Assembly (NCBI GenBank): GCA_016927995.1
Contig: JAFGLO010000004.1
Location: forward strand, 955-64,954
Direction of reading: 5' to 3'
From: Candidatus Dojkabacteria bacterium
Lineage (GTDB): Bacteria > Patescibacteriota > Dojkabacteria > JAFGLO01
Length of the DNA: 64,000 nt
The notes below the pieces were generated by a model. The model did not search any database. It had not been told where the DNA came from and worked only from the letters and a program-made list of their open reading frames with translations. Each line of letters opens with the position of its first letter. Positions within the stretch are counted from its first letter, which is position 1. The translations under genes were made by a program, and so were the position numbers. Shown one piece after another: positions 48,415 to 59,300 of the stretch.

Positions 48415-49461
48415 TTATATGAAGAGTAGATAATGTCTTTTTTTTAAGGCTGTTTCAAGTGCACTACGAACTGCATGCTCAATATCGCTATACACCCGGT
48501 ATGGGTTAACAAAACGAACTTCAAGTTTTTGAGGATGTACGTTAACATCGACCTGAGTTGGATCAATTGTTAAGTAGATTGCAAAAGGAATTTTACTTCC
48601 GTTAGCTACAAATCTATTGGTTCCTGCATAAACCGACTTTATAATACCTCTATCCCATATGGGTCGTTTGTTTAAGAAAATATATGTATGTGATTGATTT
48701 GTTTTGGCAAGTATCGGATGACCAATCATTCCCCCCACAGTAACGGAGTCTGCCTTTGTGTAAACAGGAATTAAAGACTCTGTTTCCTCCTTTCCTAAAA
48801 CATCTTCGATCCGGCTTGGATGAATGAATGTCTTGGAATCGTGGGTATTAACGGAAATAGGTAAAAAGTCGAATAGTTCTTTTCCGTTGTGAATTAGCTT
48901 AAATCGGATTGTGGGGTTTACAAGCACGCGTTTAATTATTTCGGCTGATATTTTTCTAATTTCGGTTTGGGTTGATTTAAGAAACTTTTGCCGGGCCGGA
49001 ATTTTTTCAAATAAGTTTGTAATAGTTATTGTAGTCCCTGGTTTTCTGTTTGTAACTTTTGGTGTTGATATTTTGCCATGTTCTACTGTAATAGAAGTAC
49101 CGTTATCAGTCTCGGATTCTTTTGTTTCTACAGTGATTTTGGACACTGATCCTATACTTGCAAGTGCTTCTCCACGAAATCCAAGTGTTTCGAGTTTAGC
49201 TAGATCTGAGATGTCTTGTAATTTGCTTGTTGTATGTGGTTCAAAGGCTAGTGGTAGATCGTCTTTTGAAAAGCCGACGCCATTATCTTCAATTTTTATT
49301 TCTGACTTGCCGCCATCTTTTAGACTTATAATGATTTCAGTTGCACCTGCGTCAATCGAGTTCTCCAATAGCTCTTTAACAACAGAAGCAGGACCTTCTA
49401 TTACCTCACCTGCTGCAATTTGGTTTATAACATGTTGTGGAAGCCTTATTATTTTTGCCAT
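48415..49461 (-). pseudogene. mutL: mutL N-terminal fragment (GHKL ATPase domain), terminated 8 codons after an A8 homopolymer
   Basis: MAKIIRLPQHVINQIAAGEVIEGPASVVKELLENSIDAGATEI…DNGVGF…GFRGEALASI is the MutL ATPase N-terminus. Stop is at 48412-48414, immediately after the A8 run. Confidence 0.8.
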
Positions 49462-49564
49462 ATGATGGCATTATACAATATATAAATAGGTAGGGACAGC
49501 CCTGGACCTGTCTCTACTTGTAAGATATTATAATAATATAATAAATTTATCTGCAGTTGGGCCT

Positions 49565-51619
49565 GTGGCTAAAAAACATTTGTGGATAATTCTTTTCTGG
49601 ATTTTGATAGCTTTCACTTGTTCGTCATTCGTGCAAATTCTCTCAAAAGATAGTGTGCTTGGTATATCGACAAACAAAGGATGGATATCATCTAATGCGA
49701 CTTTTCCACTTGTTCCTTCAAATCCGAATGCATCTTTAAAAACAAAGGTGGTACTAAATTATATTGTTGACTTACCTACCCGAGCCGCAAATAGAGTGCT
49801 TACGGGTCAGTTTGTTGGAGCTAGTGTCGATAATCTGTTTCCGACTCGATACAATACTTATATCACGAGTATATATAGTCAATCGGGTAAGTATCCTGCA
49901 ATTGTTGGGGCAGATTTTTTGTATTGTGGCTTTGCAAACAGCATGTTAACCAAGCTTATAGAACATAGTAATAACGGTGGGCTTGTGACTATAAGTTGGC
50001 ACATGATGAACCCTTGGACCTCTGTGCCATTAAACTGTATGGATAGCGAGAGCTGGGGGTGCAGAACACTTCCTAGGTATGACGGCTGTGGCGAGAGTAG
50101 CGATTTGTCGGACATTGGTAGTTTGTCAGACTTATATACGCCAGGTAATCAATATTACAATGATTGGCATGCAGACTTGGATCAGAAAGCCGCTTGGCTT
50201 GCTACTTTGCGTGATAACGGAGTCGTTGTCTTGTTCAGACCTTTTCATGAAATGAATGGTAATTGGACTTGGTGGGAGAATAGAGACAAAGCTCAATATG
50301 TAGCCTTGTGGCAGCATTTATATAATTATTATACTAACACAAAAGGTTTAAACAACTTGCTTTGGGTTTATTCTCCTAATCGAAACGAGGGCGATTATAA
50401 AGATGTTCTATACTATTACCCCGGGAAAGCTTACGTAGATATCGTCGGGCTTGATTACTATTATTATGAAGGATTAAGTCAGGGTTGGAATGGCGTAATA
50501 AGCAATATTGGCTCTAGTGGTTATACAAAACTTTTGACCTTAGGCAAGCCTATTGCGTTAACAGAATTTGGTCCCGGCAGTGGTGGATACGAGCCGAGTA
50601 AGTATGTATTCGATAATCAGCTTCTAATAAACAACATTAAAACATATGCACCTCAGACCTCATATTTTATGTACTGGAATAAAAATTATGCCATAGCTAA
50701 TCAGAATAATGTATCAGGACTTATGAATGACAGCTGGAGCATAACAAGGGATGAAGTTGATTACCAAAAAAGTATTGACGGGGTTGCAGATTTTTCTGTA
50801 GATCATACAAGTGGAATAGCACCTTTTACGGTAGTGTTTACCGATCTTTCGACAAATAATCCTCAAACCTATGCATGGGACTTTAACAACGACGGTATAA
50901 CAGATTCGACCGATGCAAATCCTAGTTATATATATACCGGTTCGGGAACATATACTGTTAGATTGACCACCCAGAGTCTAGGAATATCAAAAACAAAGGT
51001 TGTAGAGGGTTTAATTATTGTCTCCATCCCTGGTGGTAATACTGATTCGACCAACAATAACTCGATATCTCCCAACAACACCAATAGTAATAATAGTGCT
51101 ACTGATGATAATGGACAAAGCGCTAATTCCGATGACACAAATGTGTTTGTACCCGTAGGAAATGAAAATATATTTTTATCTACAGTTTCTTCCAAAATTG
51201 AAGGGGATTATATTAAAGTTATAATCTCGTACTCAGCCGTAAATAAAATAGAAGCGATCGGAGTAAATGTAGATTTGGATCCCTTGATCATTAAGGAAAT
51301 TATTGTTGATGATGAAACCATTACAATCTGTTTTTACAGGGAGTCGTTAGCAGATATGGGTAAGCAGGTATTCGAAATCCCGATTAGAATTGAGGATATC
51401 AATGGAAATTATCTTGATACTGTCATCTCGACTATTCTTCCGGAGCAGGAAACCCAGATAGAATCTCATTTGGACAAAGCCAAAAATATAGGAATTGTCG
51501 TTGGAACAGTAGGTTTAATGGGTATAACATATACATATATAACTCTGTTTGTCGGAAAGTATGTAGTAAGAATTACCAGGCGAGCAAGCGGTAAGGATTC
51601 GGACTGGTCTTTCTTCTAA
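49565..51619 (+). CDS. Glycoside hydrolase family 26 (β-mannanase-like) with PKD domain and C-terminal TM anchor
   Basis: VLFRPFHEMNGNWTWWE (GH26 catalytic acid region); …PIALTEFGP… (nucleophile Glu). PKD-like GIAPFTVVFTDLS…YAWDFNNDGITDS…GTYTVRLT. N-terminal signal; C-terminal TM. Confidence 0.65.
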   Translation: MAKKHLWIILFWILIAFTCSSFVQILSKDSVLGISTNKGWISSNATFPLVPSNPNASLKTKVVLNYIVDLPTRAANRVLTGQFVGASVDNLFPTRYNTYITSIYSQSGKYPAIVGADFLYCGFANSMLTKLIEHSNNGGLVTISWHMMNPWTSVPLNCMDSESWGCRTLPRYDGCGESSDLSDIGSLSDLYTPGNQYYNDWHADLDQKAAWLATLRDNGVVVLFRPFHEMNGNWTWWENRDKAQYVALWQHLYNYYTNTKGLNNLLWVYSPNRNEGDYKDVLYYYPGKAYVDIVGLDYYYYEGLSQGWNGVISNIGSSGYTKLLTLGKPIALTEFGPGSGGYEPSKYVFDNQLLINNIKTYAPQTSYFMYWNKNYAIANQNNVSGLMNDSWSITRDEVDYQKSIDGVADFSVDHTSGIAPFTVVFTDLSTNNPQTYAWDFNNDGITDSTDANPSYIYTGSGTYTVRLTTQSLGISKTKVVEGLIIVSIPGGNTDSTNNNSISPNNTNSNNSATDDNGQSANSDDTNVFVPVGNENIFLSTVSSKIEGDYIKVIISYSAVNKIEAIGVNVDLDPLIIKEIIVDDETITICFYRESLADMGKQVFEIPIRIEDINGNYLDTVISTILPEQETQIESHLDKAKNIGIVVGTVGLMGITYTYITLFVGKYVVRITRRASGKDSDWSFF

Positions 51620-51625
51620 TCTGTT

Positions 51626-52747
51626 TTATGCCTTAGGCGAAATGCCAGTTAAAAATTTTGCCAGAAGTTGGCGTCTAGTTAATGGCTTGTTTTCAACCGA
51701 AGAAAAAGTACCTGCGCTGAATACGGCAATCAGCCTATTTAGAATATTATTTTCATCTAACGCATCATAGTTATTAAATAGCCGGTCGAATATCTGCTCG
51801 GGAAGTTGGTCGGCTGTAATATGGAAAGGATTTGTTTCCGCAGCAGCCATTGATCCGTCTAGCAACCTATTTACAAGCGTAAATCTTGTAATAATTGAAT
51901 ATATACTGTCTTTTCTAGAGAGTATTGGATCTAACTGTTCTTCCGTTTGATCACTATAAAGTTCATGCCAAATCTTTTCCGTATCAGGCTCTTGCATAAG
52001 GAAAGGGAATCCATCCAAAAAGTGCCAAAGTTCTGTAAAGTCACTCATACCCATTAACGTACAAAGTATGGCAAGTCTTATTTCCGGAGAGTCTTCATCA
52101 GTAGAGTATTTATATTTTGCTTCATAATACTCTTTAGCAACTAGGGTAAAGTTTAAAAGCAGTGCAGATCTCATTAGTTCATTAGATAGAACCAAGTAAA
52201 ATGCAAGTTTCCTTTGCTCGTCCGTGTACGCATATGTTGTTTCAGGATTACGTAGGCTCTGTCCGAGTATAATAATCCACTCTAGTCCTTCAATTTTGTT
52301 AACTGATACAGACATTCCGTCTTTGTTTGTAAAAAGGTAAGAATCTGTACTGGGGTCAACTAGTTGCGAAGAAAATGCACAAACACGAGGATCTATGATG
52401 GCCTCCTGTATTGAAAATCCCGTGACTCCAAATCTTTCGTAGAATTCTTGGGGTTGTGCAAGGTACAAATTTAACAATTCCGAGCTCCAGCTAAAAGAAG
52501 GAAGGTTGTACCTTGATGCAAGTTTAGCCATTTCATCCGCATAGGTTTGAATTTCTTCTGGGGTTACAGTTCGCTCAACTTGAGCACCTAATACAATTTG
52601 CTCGGGAGTTGGTGTTGGTGCTACAGTTTCTGGAACCGAAACGATAGGGGGTGGGATCTCGACGCCTGGTCTGCATCCAGTAACCATACCAGCAGCAACA
52701 GTGGCACCCAACCTGGTCAAAATCTGTCTTCTATTAACTTCCATCAT
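51626..52747 (-). CDS. Tat-signal lipoprotein, hypothetical
   Basis: N-terminus NRRQILTRLGATVAAGMVTGC has a twin-arginine motif plus lipobox Cys. 373 aa helical body. Confidence 0.5.
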   Translation of the reverse strand: MMEVNRRQILTRLGATVAAGMVTGCRPGVEIPPPIVSVPETVAPTPTPEQIVLGAQVERTVTPEEIQTYADEMAKLASRYNLPSFSWSSELLNLYLAQPQEFYERFGVTGFSIQEAIIDPRVCAFSSQLVDPSTDSYLFTNKDGMSVSVNKIEGLEWIIILGQSLRNPETTYAYTDEQRKLAFYLVLSNELMRSALLLNFTLVAKEYYEAKYKYSTDEDSPEIRLAILCTLMGMSDFTELWHFLDGFPFLMQEPDTEKIWHELYSDQTEEQLDPILSRKDSIYSIITRFTLVNRLLDGSMAAAETNPFHITADQLPEQIFDRLFNNYDALDENNILNRLIAVFSAGTFSSVENKPLTRRQLLAKFLTGISPKA

Positions 52748-52894
52748 TTTTATATAATCAAGTTATCGTGATAATGTTTACGTTTGATATTAGCAAAAGG
52801 TAACATTATGAATAGATCGGGACAGACCTGACCTGTCCCTACACGAATTGATTAATTTATTGTACAATTGTCAATTAACTTTGTGGTGCTTGTA

Positions 52895-54016
52895 ATGGCA
52901 AAACCAAACTTAACAATTGATGAGCGGCTAAAGCTTGTGCTTTCTGTTGGCGAAGAAGTAGTAGGTGCCGACGAGCTAAAACCCATTTTAGAATCAGGAG
53001 AAGATCTAGTATGCTATGACGGATTTGAACCATCGGGACAAATGCATATAGCTCAAGGCATAATGCGTGCGATAAGTACCAATAAAATGACAAAAGCAGG
53101 GTTTAAATTTGTGTTTTATGTGGCCGATTGGTTTGCCTACCTTAATAAAAAAATGGGTGGTGATATAGAAAAAATTCGAACCGTTGGTAGATATTTTATT
53201 GAATTGTGGAAAGCCTCGGGAATGGATCTTTCAAATGTATCTTTTGTTTGGGCAAGTGCTCATGCAAAAGATCCCTTATACTGGGAACTTGTAATGAAAG
53301 TTGCTCAAAACACAACACTTAATCGAATTTTACGTACGACTCAAATAATGGGGCGAAGCGAATCCGATAAACTTATGGCTTCACAGATTTTTTATCCATG
53401 TATGCAGGCTGCCGATATTTTTAAGCTAAATGCACGAGTTACTCAGCTTGGAATGGACCAGCGTAAAGTTAATATGCTTGCACGCCAGGTTGGTCCCGAG
53501 CTTGGATTTTTTAAACCTATTGTAATTAGTAATCATATGCTTATGGGGTTAGGTAAGCCCGCTGCAGATAATATGGATGCAATCGAGCGTGCTATTGCCA
53601 TGAAAATGAGTAAATCAATCCCGGATAGTGCAATATTCATGACAGATACAAAAGAAGATGTAGAGCGTAAAATAATGAATGCCTACTGTGCCGAAGGCGA
53701 TATAAAAGACAATCCGATTCTCGAATACTGCAAATACATAATATTTGAGGCTTATCATCTTGTTGGGTTTGAAGATTTGTTGGCAGCTGGATTTGTTGTA
53801 GAACGACCGGAAAAATATGGTGGAGATGTCGTATACAAAACTTATGATGAGTTAGAGAAAGCCTTTTCCCAAAAGGAGTTATTCCCAACTGATCTAAAAG
53901 CAGCCGTTATTGGTTATATTAATAAATTACTTGATCCGGTGCGAGAGCATTTTGAAAAGGATCACGACGCAAAAGCACTTTTGGAAATGACAAAAAGCTA
54001 TCAAGTAACAAGATAA
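52895..54016 (+). CDS. tyrS: Tyrosyl-tRNA synthetase, archaeal/eukaryal type
   Basis: YDGFEPSGQMHIAQG (HIGH-region equivalent), KMSKS, and strong overall similarity to archaeal TyrRS (…GMDQRKVNMLARQ…, …ERPEKYGGD…). The ATG at 52895 is preferred over the TTG at 52868. Confidence 0.8.
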   Translation: MAKPNLTIDERLKLVLSVGEEVVGADELKPILESGEDLVCYDGFEPSGQMHIAQGIMRAISTNKMTKAGFKFVFYVADWFAYLNKKMGGDIEKIRTVGRYFIELWKASGMDLSNVSFVWASAHAKDPLYWELVMKVAQNTTLNRILRTTQIMGRSESDKLMASQIFYPCMQAADIFKLNARVTQLGMDQRKVNMLARQVGPELGFFKPIVISNHMLMGLGKPAADNMDAIERAIAMKMSKSIPDSAIFMTDTKEDVERKIMNAYCAEGDIKDNPILEYCKYIIFEAYHLVGFEDLLAAGFVVERPEKYGGDVVYKTYDELEKAFSQKELFPTDLKAAVIGYINKLLDPVREHFEKDHDAKALLEMTKSYQVTR

Positions 54017-54030
54017 TTAAAGAGATTGAA

Positions 54031-54855
54031 ATGATATCAAAATCGTTACTTATACAATTACAAACGGAACTAAAGACAGCATATTCCGGTGATATAACTG
54101 CCTTTGTAAACGATATTACTACAGATCTTACCGATTCCAAGACCGAGAAATTAAAACAAAGATCAGGCTCCAATATACCTTCCGGTAAAATAATACTTTC
54201 GGCGCGGAACTTAACAAAAACATATACCGTTGGTGGTGAAAGGATTCATGCAGTCGATGATGTAAATCTTGATATAGCTGAGGGCGAAATTGTTGCAATA
54301 ATGGGATCAAGCGGAAGTGGTAAGAGTACATTACTTCATTTGTTAAGCGGGCTTGATCAACCTACTTCCGGTGAAATTTCCGTTGACGGCAAGTCGCTTT
54401 CGAGTATGACTGATAATGAAAGTGCGGCATATCGGAACCAAACAATAGGGTTTGTTTTCCAATTTTTCTTTTTACAACCGTATCTTAATGTTCGTGAAAA
54501 TGTTGAAATTCCATTGATGTTTCGAAAGATGATAACATCGGAAAGACAGGAAAAAGCAGTTAACGCACTTAATCTTGTTTCGATTGCCGATAGGATAAAA
54601 CACTTACCGAAGCAGTTAAGTGGAGGGCAGATGCAAAGAGTTGCAATTGCGCGTGCGCTTGTTAATAATCCCAAAATAATTTTTGCCGATGAACCTACAG
54701 GTAATCTTGACGAAAAGACAGGCAAAGAAATAATGGATGTGCTCGAAAATATTAGCAAACAAAATAGGACAACAGTTATCATTGTTACTCATAACCCTAA
54801 AATTGCAAGTAGAGCAGGTCGAATATTTAATATGGTAGATGGCAAACTTTTATGA
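54031..54855 (+). CDS. ABC transporter ATP-binding protein (MacB/LolD/FtsE-like) with ~60 aa N-terminal extension
   Basis: Walker A GSSGSGKSTL, signature LSGGQMQRVAIARAL, Walker B IIFADEPTGNLD. Confidence 0.8.
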   Translation: MISKSLLIQLQTELKTAYSGDITAFVNDITTDLTDSKTEKLKQRSGSNIPSGKIILSARNLTKTYTVGGERIHAVDDVNLDIAEGEIVAIMGSSGSGKSTLLHLLSGLDQPTSGEISVDGKSLSSMTDNESAAYRNQTIGFVFQFFFLQPYLNVRENVEIPLMFRKMITSERQEKAVNALNLVSIADRIKHLPKQLSGGQMQRVAIARALVNNPKIIFADEPTGNLDEKTGKEIMDVLENISKQNRTTVIIVTHNPKIASRAGRIFNMVDGKLL

Positions 54856-56195
54856 TAAAAGGCAGAGATGCAAGCAAGCTTGCGCTTACAAAATATAAAC
54901 AAAGAAAAGTAAGAACAATTACCTCGGGTTGCTCGATATCGTTAGGTATAATTATTCTGCTTGTATTTCTTGTTGGAACAACAGGGGTTAACAACACACT
55001 AAAGAAAATATTTAGGGACACAATTTCATTTAAAAACTATGTTGCCGTTGATGCAAGTGCGGACTCATCGGTTCAAAAGACAGTAGAAAATACATACAAG
55101 GGAGAATATATCGGGAGAACAGCTCAACTTGACGGTATTAGTGATCATTTGGAATTCTGTATTAGTCCTTTGCTTGATCAGGTTTCATCCGAATACACAT
55201 ATTTCACAATGTATAATCTCGTGCTTGTTCCTGAATTTATTGCACATGATTACTTAGCTGAAGGATATAGTTTCGATGATAAATACGATGGAAAAATTCC
55301 CGTAATTATTCCTATAACCGATCTGGCATATATTAAAAATAATGTTGCCGTTTGGGATATGTCTTCAAGGGAGCAGTATGACTTTTTTCATGACTTGGCC
55401 GTAGAGTATCTTGGTAAAGAAATCTCGATTTCTTACGAGGCTATGGGTCATGTGGCTTACGATGAAACTAACGATCCAACTTCCTGGACGGAATTAGATA
55501 ATAGATTTGTTATTGTAGGTTTTAGCCATTCAGGTTTTGGTTCATTATATACAATGGGATATTACAATTCGTTAATTATTCCGGACTGGGCGAAGTCTGA
55601 ACTTATGGATTCAAAGGTTTTATCTCTTACGGCGGGAAAGAGTATCTACAAATTACAGAATCCTAAGGACGTAAAGAAAGTAGTCAAAGATCTATGGACG
55701 AATCCTGTTTATGGAATTGTCGAACAGACACATGAATTCACAAAAATAACAAGAAACATTGGATTGGGGCTGGGTTCATTCTTCCTTATTGTCTCAGCGT
55801 TCTCCGTATTCTTCACCGTTAATAAAATTGTATCGGAAAGTAAACGTGAAATCGGGGTATTTAGAGCTGTTGGTGCTACCCGTGCCGATATAAGGAAAAT
55901 TCTATACAAATATGCTTTATTAATAACAAATGTCGGATTTGTTATTGGGCTTGTACTTTCAATTGGCTTTAATGTTGTTTTATCGCTTTTCTGGGGTAGC
56001 AGTTTGTTTTATGCACTTGCTGTAAATTCAATGCAAATGAGCGTATCAAAGCCGATGTTTTTCTTTGTTGGATTTCCTTGGGCAGGTATTATTTTGATAT
56101 ATTTTATTGGACTTATAACAACATTTGTTGGTACAACGATTCCGGCGTTTAGGGCATCCTTAATGCCTACAGTTACCGCCCTAAGAGATGAGTAA
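54852..56195 (+). CDS. ABC transporter permease (FtsX/MacB-type) with large extracytoplasmic domain
   Basis: 447 aa. TM1, a ~250 aa extracytoplasmic domain, then 3 C-terminal TMs. Start overlaps the ATPase stop. Confidence 0.7.
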   Translation: MIKGRDASKLALTKYKQRKVRTITSGCSISLGIIILLVFLVGTTGVNNTLKKIFRDTISFKNYVAVDASADSSVQKTVENTYKGEYIGRTAQLDGISDHLEFCISPLLDQVSSEYTYFTMYNLVLVPEFIAHDYLAEGYSFDDKYDGKIPVIIPITDLAYIKNNVAVWDMSSREQYDFFHDLAVEYLGKEISISYEAMGHVAYDETNDPTSWTELDNRFVIVGFSHSGFGSLYTMGYYNSLIIPDWAKSELMDSKVLSLTAGKSIYKLQNPKDVKKVVKDLWTNPVYGIVEQTHEFTKITRNIGLGLGSFFLIVSAFSVFFTVNKIVSESKREIGVFRAVGATRADIRKILYKYALLITNVGFVIGLVLSIGFNVVLSLFWGSSLFYALAVNSMQMSVSKPMFFFVGFPWAGIILIYFIGLITTFVGTTIPAFRASLMPTVTALRDE

Positions 56196-56302
56196 ATTTT
56201 GTAAGTCATAATAAAATTTGACAGGGTTTAAATACTTTTATATAGTTACAGTAATATACTCCCTGGGGTAAGGGGGACTATCAAATATTAGCGGACTTTT
56301 TG

Positions 56303-59300
56303 ATGTTTACGCATTTGCATGTACATAGCGAATTTTCTTTGCTTGATGGGCTGTCCTCTCTTAATTCTATTGTGAAGCGAGTTGCCGAAGCCGGCATGAA
56401 ATCGGTTGCCTTAACCGATCATGGAGTTTTGTTTGGGGTTCACAAGTTTTATATGGCGGCAAAGGCTGCTGGAATTAAGCCCATAATTGGAGTGGAAGCG
56501 TATGTTGCCCAGCGCACTAGGTTTGATAAAGTTGCAAAGCTTGATAACGATCCTTACCACCTTATACTTTTGGCAAAAGATTCGGTAGGTTACAAAAACC
56601 TTGTAAAGCTTATATCGCTTGCCAACATTGAAGGCTTTTACTATAAGCCAAGAATTGACCGTGAGCTTATCGAAATTTATAAAGAAGGACTTATCGCCAC
56701 AAGCGGATGTTTGGCCGGTGAAATTCCCCAACTTATCCTTAATAAACAGTATGCAAAAGCAAAAGAGGTTGCACTTTGGTATCAGGGTGTTTTTGGTATG
56801 GGTAATTACTATCTTGAACTTCAGGCAAACCGCATGCTTGATCAAAAAAAGGTTAATTCAAAGCTTATAGAACTCTCAAGAGACACGGGAATTCCCCTGG
56901 TTGCTACAACTGATGCCCATTACCCTACGGCCGATAACGCATTTGCACAAGATGTACTTTTGGCAATTAACACAAAAAAGAAAATTTCTGACACTAACAG
57001 GTTAACAATGGCCGATACTCCCGACTTTTACCTTTGGAAAGAGGATGAGATGCGTGAGTATTTTAAAGATATTCCAGAGGCGCTTGAAAACACCGTTAGA
57101 GTAGCCGATATGTGTAATGTTGATCTTGATCCACACGATTGGGTGCTTCCAAACGCCTATGTTCCCGACGAGTATAAAGGTGATGCCGACAAGTATCTTC
57201 ACGATATTGTCTGGGCACGAGCCCCAAAAAAATTGGGTCGGGAAATGGAAGAGTCTGAAGAGGCTCGCCTAAAATACGAATACGATATTATTTCCCAAAA
57301 AGGTTTTTCAAAATACATGCTTATGGTTAGCGAATTTACCGACTGGATGAACGAAAGAAACCTGCCATTTACTACAAGAGGGTCTGCCGCAGGTAGCTTA
57401 GTTTCATTTGCACTTGGAATTGTAAACGCAAATCCACTCGATTTTAACCTTGCGTTCGAAAGATTTTTAAACCCGCTTAGGCCCAAAGCTCCCGATATCG
57501 ATCTTGATATACCAAGCAATAGGCGAGACGACCTTATAAAATATGCAATTAAAAAACACGGTTCCGAAAAAGTTGCCCATATTATTACCTTTGGACGAAT
57601 GCAGGCTCGTGGTTCGATTCGTGATGCAGGTAGAGTTTTGGACCTTCCTTTAGATTATGTCGACAGAATTGCAAAGCTTATTCCGCCTTCCGGGCAGGGG
57701 CTTGCAAAAGTTACTATTCAAAAAGCGCTTGATTCCGTGTCGGAGTTAGCACAACTAATTGATACCGATCCCGATGCAAGGCGACTAATCGATGTAGCAA
57801 AGCAAATTGAAGGCACCGCTCGAAACACAGGGATTCATGCTTGTGGAATTTTAGTTACACCTGGCCCAATAACTGACTATGTGCCCGTTGTTTTTGACAA
57901 AGATCTTGGCAGAATGGTCACCCAGTACGAGATGGATTCATTAGAAGAGCTAAAACTTATTAAGGTTGATTTTCTTGGGCTTACAAATCTTGAAACAATT
58001 ATCGAATCTGTAAAACTTACCAAACAAACATATAATAAAGACATTAATCTTGAGGAGCTTGATTTTAAAGATAAAAAAGTCTACGAGACTATTAATAAGC
58101 TCGATACTCTTGGCATCTTCCAGCTTGAAAGTGACGTAATGAAACAAACAATAAAAACCATACGTCCGGAAAATATATTTGACGTAGCCGCTGTTAATGC
58201 ACTTGTACGTCCTGGTCCTAACCAGTACCAACAGGAGTATGCCGACCGTAAATCGGGTAAAAAAGAAATTAAATATCTTGACCCTCGAATGGAGGATTTT
58301 CTTAAGCTTAGCTATGGTGTACTTGTGTATCAGGAAGATATTATTCGTGCGGTTATTCATTTGGCTGGAATGGACTGGGGTGAAGCCGATTCTGTGCGTA
58401 AGGCTACAGGTAAAAAGAAACCCGACATTTTGTTCGCAATGAAAGATGATCTTTTAAAACGTTTGGTTGATAATGGTATGGATAAAAAAACTGCTAACGA
58501 ACTTTTTGAACTTTTTATTCCATTTACAAACTATGCATTTAATCAGGCGCACGCTGCCGCCTATGCAATTATTATTTACTATACGGCCTGGCTTAAAACT
58601 TATTATCCTGTTGCTTTTATGGCGGCCCTTCTAAAAACCGAAATTGCAGACAAAGAAAAAGTTGCCAAAATTCTCGATGAGTGTTTTAGAAAGGGTATTA
58701 AAATATTACCGCCATCTATTAATGAAAGTAATGTAGACTACAAAATTGAAGGGGAAGATGCTATTCGTATTGGGCTTGGCACAATTAAGGGAATTAGTAA
58801 AAAAACACTTCGTTTAATAACAAAAAAACGCGACCAGGAACAAACAGTATTTGAATCGCTCGATCATCTTTTGTTTGAATCCAATCTTTTGACCGTTCCC
58901 ATAAAAACTTTTGAGCTTTTAATTATGGCTGGTGCGCTTGATGAGTTTGGCGATAGGCAGGGTCATCTCGAAATTCTTGATGCTCTTTACAAAAAATTTA
59001 AATCTGACCAGGAGCGCAAGAGTATTGGTCAAAATGGGCTTTTTGGTGGTAGTAAGGATACTAAAAAGATTATTCCTGCTAAAACATTGCTTCCTTCGTC
59101 TGTTGAGACAACCCCTGCGCAAAAAATCGCCTGGGAAAAAGAGCTTATTGGAATTTTTGTTTCAGACCATCCGCAAAAACGTACCACTGGGCTTAGGGTT
59201 AAATGTGGCATTACCGACGTTTCCAATTTATCTGTAGGCAAAGTTGGTAGGCCCGTTACCATTATGGGGTCTATTACTAATGTAAAGCGAATTTCCACTA

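Noticed and set aside
48911-49465. Plus-strand 184-aa ORF
   Set aside because: Antisense to the mutL ATPase domain. Low-complexity Ser/Val-rich translation typical of a shadow ORF.
52748-52894. T-box riboswitch leader upstream of tyrS
   Set aside because: The intergenic leader is only ~147 nt and lacks a recognisable T-box (AATTAGAGTGGAACCGCG-like) sequence or terminator/antiterminator. Archaeal-type tyrS is not expected to be T-box regulated.
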